Assembly (NCBI GenBank): GCA_963722965.1 | Contig: CAVROX010000007.1 | Span: forward strand, 149,040-213,039 | Length of the DNA stretch: 64,000 bases | Direction of reading: 5' to 3' | DNA from: an uncultured Solirubrobacterales bacterium | Lineage (GTDB): Bacteria > Actinomycetota > Thermoleophilia > Solirubrobacterales > 70-9 | Shown: positions 58,353 through 64,000 of the stretch, one piece after another | How the letters are laid out: the number at the start of each line of letters is the position of its first letter | Numbering within the stretch: position 1 is the stretch's first letter | Notes under the pieces: generated by a model | What the model saw: the letters and a program-made list of their open reading frames with translations, nothing else | The model's database searches: none | Told to the model about the DNA's origin: nothing | Translations under genes and position numbers: made by a program

Positions 58353-61183
58353 GCACTATTAAGGCAACTCGATTCCGCTACCGCGTTGTCGCTGCGGCTG
58401 CTGCGCTGTTGTTGTCCCTCGCAGCGTCCGGTCCGACCGCTGCACGGGCCGACACGCCGATTACCGCCTTCTCGGCCCTGCCGTCGACGACCCAAGCGGG
58501 CGGCCACCCGGATGTGGAGATCTACTTCTCGGTCGCAAACAGAGAGGTGCAGGGAAGCTCGAACCCATGCGAATGCGAGGATGCGAAAAACGCCACCGTC
58601 CACTTCCCTCCCGGTTTCATCGGCAATCCCCACGCCACGCCCCAGTGCACCCTCGCCGACTTCTCATCCGATGATTGCCCGATCGACTCCCAGGTCGGCA
58701 TCGTCCACATCATCGCTAGCAACCCCGCCTTTCCCTTCAATGCTGCGGTCTACAACCTGATCCCGCCCCCCCAGGACGCTGGTCTCCTCGGATTCAAGGT
58801 CTTCTTCTACAACGCGCCCCAGTTCACGGTGCTGAGCTCGCGGACCGGAAGCGATTACGGGCTCGACGCTACGGTTACCTCTATCTTCCACTATTACCCG
58901 CTGGTGAGCTTTCAGGAGGATCTATGGGGTGTACCGGCAAACCCGCTTCACGATCCCCTGCGTCTCAACCCGCTCTTTAATCCCAACGGGCCAGGCCACT
59001 CGTCCTATCTGAACTTTGGGAACTGCGACGCCAACGGCAACCCGAGCACCACCGATCCAAGCACGATGGTGGAACCGTGCGGCGGTGGAATCCCTCCTGA
59101 AGTGTCGAACAGCCCGGAAACCCCCTTCCTCCAAAACCCGACCACCTGCGATTCTCCGCTTGGATCCTCTCTGGACGTGCTCTCCTACGACGGTGGAGAA
59201 ACCCACGAAGCGGGCACCTGGCCGAAGATGACCGGATGCGAACGTCTCAGCTTCAACCCGAGTCTCTACGCGCAGCCGACCACCACCGCTACCGACTCCC
59301 CCTCTGGGATCGACGTCAATTTGACCGTTCCCCAGCAGCTCAGCCCCTCGGTCCCATCTCCGACCGAGCTGCGATCGGCCACGGTGACCCTCCCGGCCGG
59401 GTTTTCGATCAACCCGAACGCGGCTGACGGCAAGACCGCCTGCATGGATGCCGAGGCCAGGTTCGGCACAGAAGAAGAAGCCCAGTGCCCGGAATTCTCG
59501 AAGGTAGGGAGCCTTGAGATCGACAGCTCAGCGCTTCCTGGCCCATTGCCCGGTTTCGTCTATCTCGGCCAGCCCCTCGCGGGCAAGCGCTACCGCATCT
59601 TCCTCGCCGCCGACGGATTTGCCACCCACATCAAGCTCGCCGGCACTGTCGCCGCGGACCCCCAGACCGGACAGCTAACGATTTCGTTCTCGGAACTGCC
59701 GGAGAGCCCCCTCACGGCCTTCAACATGCACTTCTTCGGCTCCGAACGTGGGCTGCTCGCTACCCCTGCTCGCTGTGGAACCTTCCCGGTAACCAGCACC
59801 TTCACCCCGTGGGACTCGAGCCTAGCGCCCGAGACATCGACCCAGTTCTTCACACTGACATCCGGTCCTGACGGGCAAGCCTGTCCCGGCTCGACGAGGC
59901 CCTTCTCTCCCAGCCTTCAGGTTGGCTCGCTCAGAAACACCGCCGGTGCTCACTCTCCTTTCTCGCTCGAACTAAACCGTGACGACGGGAACCAGAATTT
60001 GAGCGGGCTCACCGTCTCGACTCCACCTGGCCTCTTGGCGACGCTGCGTGGGGTTCCCTACTGCTCCGACGCAGCGCTTGCCGCGGCAGCATCCTCTGGC
60101 TATACGGGTCTTCAGGAGGAGGCGAACCCCAGCTGCCCGGCCGCGTCCCAGATCGGGACGGCGACAATCGGCGCTGGGGCCGGCTCTCACCCGGTGTACG
60201 TCCCTAGCACCGTGTACCTCGCCGGTCCTTACAACGGCGCGCCACTCAGCCTGGCGGTGATCACTCCGGTGGTTTCGGGTCCCTATGACCTCGGCAACGT
60301 CGTCGTCAGGGCGGCTCTGCGGGTCAACCCCACGACGGCGCAAATCACCGCCGTATCGGACCCACTACCCCAGATTCTCGAAGGCATCCCGCTGCGGTTG
60401 CGGTCGGTCCTGCTCGAACTCAACCGCCCCAACTTTACACTCAATCCCACCAGCTGCTCGCCCTTAGTGGTAAACACCGAAGTCTCGGGCTCAGAAGGCG
60501 CCCTTGCCAAGCCCTCTCAGGGCTTTCAGGTCGCCAACTGCGGCTCCCTTTCCTTCGCCCCAAAACTCACCACTCGGATCTCCGGTTCCACCAAACACAC
60601 TGGCAACCCGGAGCTTAAGACAGAACTGACCTTCCCCCAGAGCGGCCCCAACGCAAACGTCTCCCGTGTATCGGTGACCCTTCCGCACTCCGAGCTCCTC
60701 GACAACGCCCACATCAAGAGCCCTTGCACCAGAGTTCAGTTTTCGGCCGGCAAATGTCCGCCTGGATCTCTACTCGGCTTCGCCAAAGCCGAAACCCCTC
60801 TACTTGAAAGACCGCTCGAAGGACCGGTCTATTTACGTGCCAACGGCGGCGAACGAAAACTCCCAGACATCGTCGCTGAGCTAGAAGGACAGATCGACAT
60901 CGACCTGGTCGGCTTCGTTGGATCCGTCCATGGCCAGCTGCGCACCACTTTCAACACCATCCCCGATGCCGCGGTCTCCCGCTTCACCTTGGATCTCGAT
61001 GGGGGTAAGAAGGGCCTCCTGGTCAACTCCGTCAACCTTTGCTCGGCTACCGAGCACGTCAACGCCGAGATCGAGGGCCAGAACGGCAAGACCGCGAATC
61101 AGAATCCGATCCTCGAAACATCCTGCGCCAAGAAGAACAGGCGCAAGTCTGGACCTCACCATAACCGGAGGGCCCGCAGATGA
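58349..61183 (+). CDS. giant secreted protein C: repeated Cys-pair modules of unknown family, basic tail
   Basis: 944 aa from ATG 58349 (ATGA overlap with the B stop). The track ORF start at 58145 lies inside B. Signal 'RVVAAAAALLLSLAASGPTAARA'. Three to four roughly 200-aa modules share 'v.lP.GF..NP......C......C P..S.vG...', for example 'VHFPPGFIGNPHATPQCTLADFSSDDCPIDSQVG' and 'VTLPAGFSINPNAADGKTACMD...QCPEFSKVG'. It ends 'SCAKKNRRKSGPHHNRRARR'. Confidence 0.85.
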   Translation: MSTIKATRFRYRVVAAAAALLLSLAASGPTAARADTPITAFSALPSTTQAGGHPDVEIYFSVANREVQGSSNPCECEDAKNATVHFPPGFIGNPHATPQCTLADFSSDDCPIDSQVGIVHIIASNPAFPFNAAVYNLIPPPQDAGLLGFKVFFYNAPQFTVLSSRTGSDYGLDATVTSIFHYYPLVSFQEDLWGVPANPLHDPLRLNPLFNPNGPGHSSYLNFGNCDANGNPSTTDPSTMVEPCGGGIPPEVSNSPETPFLQNPTTCDSPLGSSLDVLSYDGGETHEAGTWPKMTGCERLSFNPSLYAQPTTTATDSPSGIDVNLTVPQQLSPSVPSPTELRSATVTLPAGFSINPNAADGKTACMDAEARFGTEEEAQCPEFSKVGSLEIDSSALPGPLPGFVYLGQPLAGKRYRIFLAADGFATHIKLAGTVAADPQTGQLTISFSELPESPLTAFNMHFFGSERGLLATPARCGTFPVTSTFTPWDSSLAPETSTQFFTLTSGPDGQACPGSTRPFSPSLQVGSLRNTAGAHSPFSLELNRDDGNQNLSGLTVSTPPGLLATLRGVPYCSDAALAAAASSGYTGLQEEANPSCPAASQIGTATIGAGAGSHPVYVPSTVYLAGPYNGAPLSLAVITPVVSGPYDLGNVVVRAALRVNPTTAQITAVSDPLPQILEGIPLRLRSVLLELNRPNFTLNPTSCSPLVVNTEVSGSEGALAKPSQGFQVANCGSLSFAPKLTTRISGSTKHTGNPELKTELTFPQSGPNANVSRVSVTLPHSELLDNAHIKSPCTRVQFSAGKCPPGSLLGFAKAETPLLERPLEGPVYLRANGGERKLPDIVAELEGQIDIDLVGFVGSVHGQLRTTFNTIPDAAVSRFTLDLDGGKKGLLVNSVNLCSATEHVNAEIEGQNGKTANQNPILETSCAKKNRRKSGPHHNRRARR

Positions 61184-61503
61184 CTTCCCCAGTTTTGCGA
61201 ACTGGCACGCTCGATTCGTCCCCCGACTCAGTTGAGGCCTGTTTGATGGAGGGGGACCCGGCAACTTCAAGACTCCCCGACGTGCCGGTTGACTGTTTCA
61301 CCGTTGATGTCCTCGAAAGCAGCAGGGGTCTAATACAGAATAGTGACTCCCTCTGCAGCGCCCGCAAGAAGGCGACCGCTCAGGTGGCGGGTCAAAGCGG
61401 TAAGGCTGCCGCCCAGCGCGGCCCACTCCGGATTTCCTGCAGCAAGGGCGACAATGCCCGCAAAGCCCACAGCACTCACAAGAATCGAAGGTCCCACCGA
61501 TGA
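61180..61503 (+). CDS. 107-aa protein homologous to the C-terminal module of protein C
   Basis: ATGA overlaps at both ends (with the C stop and the D start). 'LPDVPVDCFTVDVLESSRGLIQNSDSLCSA...GQSGKAAAQRGPLRISCSKGDNARKAHSTHKNRRSHR' parallels protein C 'IPDAAVSRFTLDLDGGKKGLLVNSVNLCSA...GQNGKTANQNPILETSCAKKNRRKSGPHHNRRARR'. Confidence 0.5.
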   Translation: MTSPVLRTGTLDSSPDSVEACLMEGDPATSRLPDVPVDCFTVDVLESSRGLIQNSDSLCSARKKATAQVAGQSGKAAAQRGPLRISCSKGDNARKAHSTHKNRRSHR

Positions 61504-64000
61504 CCTTCTCACTAAGAGCGCGCTCCGATCGGCGCGCAGCCGTGTTGGGTGGGAGAAATGGGTGCGGGGGCATAGCTCGTGCGGTGCCGGTGTGGATCGG
61601 CGCTGTTATCTCATTCGCACTCGGAGCTGTCATGGTGGCTGCCCCTTCCGCTGCGCCTGCGGAACCTCTAACCACGACGGATCACTGCCCCAACGCGCAC
61701 GTTCGCCAGCAGACCGGAGCTGCCTTACTCCTCGACTGCCGCGCCTACGAGCTGGCCTCCGCCGCCAACACCGGCGGCTACGATGTCGAGTCTAACCTGG
61801 TGCCGGGCCAAACGCCGTTTTCTGGTTATCCCGAGGCGAAAGAACCGTCGCGGATTCTCTACAGTGTTCATGAAGGGGCGATCCCGAACACCGGCCATCC
61901 GACTAACGATGGTGTCGACTCTTACGTAGCCACCCGCACCGAAAACGACTGGAGCACCGAATACGTCGGCATCCCTGCAACCGACCCCTTCGCCAAGGGC
62001 CCATTCGCCTCAACCCTGCTGGAAGCAGACGCAAGCCTTGACACCCTGGCCTTCGGCGGCGAAGAAATCTGCTCGCCCTGCTTTGGCCCCGGCCAGACCG
62101 AAACCGGTGAGCCGATCCACCTGCCAAACGGAGAACTCGTGCAGGGCATGGCTGGCTCGATCCCCCAGCCCACCGCCAAGCCCGAAGGCTACATCGGCAA
62201 GGACCTCTCCGCCAACGGCGAACACTTCGTTTTTGGCTCCAAATCTCAGTTTGAGCCCGAAGGCGACAACAACGGCACCGATCTGTCGATCTATGACCGA
62301 AATCTAAAGACCGAAGAAACCAAGGTCGTCTCCAAGACCCCCTCCGGAGCAACGATGACCGGAGCGGGCATCGGTGAGCTCGATATCTCCTCAGATGGCT
62401 CTCACATCCTGATCGGCCAGCTCGTCTCTGAAGAAGGCAATGCCAAGTACTGGCACCTCTACATGAACGTCGGGGACTCTTCCAAAACGAACGAACTGAC
62501 CCCCGGAGCCAAAGAAGGCGTCCTCTTTGACGGGATGACCTCAGATGGATCCAAGGTCTTCTTCTCTTCCGAAGAGCACCTGACGGGCGAAGACACCGCC
62601 CATAGCGGTCCAGACATCTACATGTGGGAAGAAGGCAAACCGCTGACGCTGATCTCCGGGGGCGAAAAAGAAGAAGCGGGCCAACCGGGCGACACGGCCA
62701 GCTGTGATCCCGCCGCAAACACCAAACACGTCCACTGGAACACGACCGGATCTGAAGAAAATTGCGGCGACGTCGCGATCGGCGGCGGTGGGGGAGTGGC
62801 CTCAGGGGACGGGACGATCTTCTTCCTCTCCCCGGAGCTTCTCGACGGCACCGAAGAATCTCGTGACGGTGTCGAGAACGCTCCCAACCTCTACGTGGTC
62901 CGGCCGGGCGGGACGCCGCACTTCGTGGCGACACTTGAATCAAGCGCAAATGCTCCACTTCCAGAACCACAACATCCGTTCCTGCGTTCAATTGGCTCAT
63001 TCATCACACCGACGGGGGTGGCGGTGGAACACGCTTCGGGAGACGTCTATATACTCGAAATTGGCAATGTATCCTTCGGTCACGTCGCGTACGTTTCGAA
63101 ATTCACCGACACAGGTCAACCGGTTTTGAGCTTTGGGGTAGAAGGAAAGATCTCCGTCGGTGGGGCCTATACCGAATATTCAATCCCCGGGGAGATAGCC
63201 GTTGATCAGTCGACCGGTGACCTCTACGTGCCGGAGCCATTGGAAGGAGCCGTCAAAAAATTCAACTCCTCCGGGGCCAACATCTCCGAAATCAATGGCG
63301 TCGGGCTTCCCACCGGCGTGGCAGTGGACTCGACAGGACAAGTCTACGTTGCTGGGCTGCTTGGCGGAGTCAGTGTGTTCAGCTCTAGTGGCAGCCTGAT
63401 CAGCAGCTTCTCTACGATCGAATACCCGACGGGGGTCGCGGTTGGGCCGGACGGGAGGATCTACGTCGTCGATGGTGGTGTCATCGCTGGAAGTGGCACC
63501 GCAGAGGTGTACGACGCATCGGGCAACGATTTGGGCCAACTCACCGGGAATCCGTCCCAGGGGGTCGCCGTGGATCCGTTAACCGGCAACGTATACGTCG
63601 ACGAAGGTGATCAGGTGGCGGAGTTCGACCCCTCGGGCGATCCGATCGGCGATCCGATCGGCGCCGGTCTGCTGAGCGGTTCGATCGGACTAGCGGCCGA
63701 TTCAGACTCTCTGTACGTTTCAAATCCCGGAAAGACCAACCTTGCCTCATACGGGCCGGCCGCCATTCCGCCAGACCCCAGCACCGATAACCCGATGGTG
63801 ATCGACAGCGTCAGCGCTCCGGGCGTCGCCCGATCTGCCGACTTCGAGTTGACGCCGTCGGGTGAATTTGCGGTCTTCACCTCGACCCTGCCGTTGACGG
63901 GCTACGACAGTGCCGGCCACCGGGAGGTATTCCGCTACGCTCCGACCGGAGGCGGGATCGAATGCGCCTCCTGCAATCCGAACGCGACGCAGGCAAGCGC
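61500..64000 (+). CDS. giant secreted protein D (3'-partial, runs off the window): PD40-like region, NHL propeller, second PD40-like region
   Basis: Not in the ORF track because there is no stop in the window. Hand translation of frame 0 is open from ATG 61500 to 64000. 'RAVPVWIGAVISFALGAVMVAAPSAAPA' is the signal. 'CPNAHVRQQTGAALLLDCRAYELAS' is the same module as in B. PD40-like 'SSDGSHILIGQ' and 'TSDGSKVFFSSEEHL...DIYMWE'. NHL blades 'GDLYVPEPLEGAVKKFNSSG', 'GQVYVAG', 'GRIYVVDG', 'GNVYVDEGDQVAEFDPSG'. At the window edge it reads 'IECASCNPNATQAS'. The exact start is uncertain (alternatives GTG 61542/61584, ATG 61632). Confidence 0.8.
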   Translation, partial: MTFSLRARSDRRAAVLGGRNGCGGIARAVPVWIGAVISFALGAVMVAAPSAAPAEPLTTTDHCPNAHVRQQTGAALLLDCRAYELASAANTGGYDVESNLVPGQTPFSGYPEAKEPSRILYSVHEGAIPNTGHPTNDGVDSYVATRTENDWSTEYVGIPATDPFAKGPFASTLLEADASLDTLAFGGEEICSPCFGPGQTETGEPIHLPNGELVQGMAGSIPQPTAKPEGYIGKDLSANGEHFVFGSKSQFEPEGDNNGTDLSIYDRNLKTEETKVVSKTPSGATMTGAGIGELDISSDGSHILIGQLVSEEGNAKYWHLYMNVGDSSKTNELTPGAKEGVLFDGMTSDGSKVFFSSEEHLTGEDTAHSGPDIYMWEEGKPLTLISGGEKEEAGQPGDTASCDPAANTKHVHWNTTGSEENCGDVAIGGGGGVASGDGTIFFLSPELLDGTEESRDGVENAPNLYVVRPGGTPHFVATLESSANAPLPEPQHPFLRSIGSFITPTGVAVEHASGDVYILEIGNVSFGHVAYVSKFTDTGQPVLSFGVEGKISVGGAYTEYSIPGEIAVDQSTGDLYVPEPLEGAVKKFNSSGANISEINGVGLPTGVAVDSTGQVYVAGLLGGVSVFSSSGSLISSFSTIEYPTGVAVGPDGRIYVVDGGVIAGSGTAEVYDASGNDLGQLTGNPSQGVAVDPLTGNVYVDEGDQVAEFDPSGDPIGDPIGAGLLSGSIGLAADSDSLYVSNPGKTNLASYGPAAIPPDPSTDNPMVIDSVSAPGVARSADFELTPSGEFAVFTSTLPLTGYDSAGHREVFRYAPTGGGIECASCNPNATQAS

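Overview
High-G+C bacterial chromosome segment. The gene content and protein styles look like Actinomycetota, possibly Thermoleophilia/Rubrobacteria-like, but that placement is inference only.

**1-25 kb: core genes.** rpsI-glmM-glmS, nnr-alr-cca-infA, an amidase/ABC-2 exporter operon, a GT4 glycosyltransferase, and an aa3-type cytochrome c oxidase locus (ctaC-ctaD-orf-ctaE) followed by ctaA and a dihaem cytochrome c.

**25.6-27.6 kb.** A visibly A/T-richer islet of orphan secreted proteins.

**27.6-31.4 kb.** A second oxidase-like operon: ctaB plus a fused subunit II-I homologue. The homologue has lost 5 of the 6 canonical subunit-I metal-binding His (one haem a His is retained) and 3 of the 4 compared CuA ligand positions.

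**31.4-41.2 kb.** Membrane-lipid genes, trxB and a five-gene beta-oxidation-like block.

**41.3-45.4 kb.** Five consecutive conserved genes are all broken by frameshifts. This run ends at tRNA-Pro(UGG).

**Downstream of the tRNA.** Two divergent IS630-family copies lie head to head and share a frame break at the same pyrimidine run. From 50.3 kb to the window end there is an A/T-richer, translationally coupled cluster of giant secreted proteins built from NHL propellers, FN3-like domains and PD40-like regions. Several carry unusual His/Arg-rich C-terminal tails. I consider this cluster the best candidate for an undescribed system, and the ligand-less oxidase paralogue the second.

**Limits.** All calls come from reading the sequence and ORF translations. 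No database search was run.
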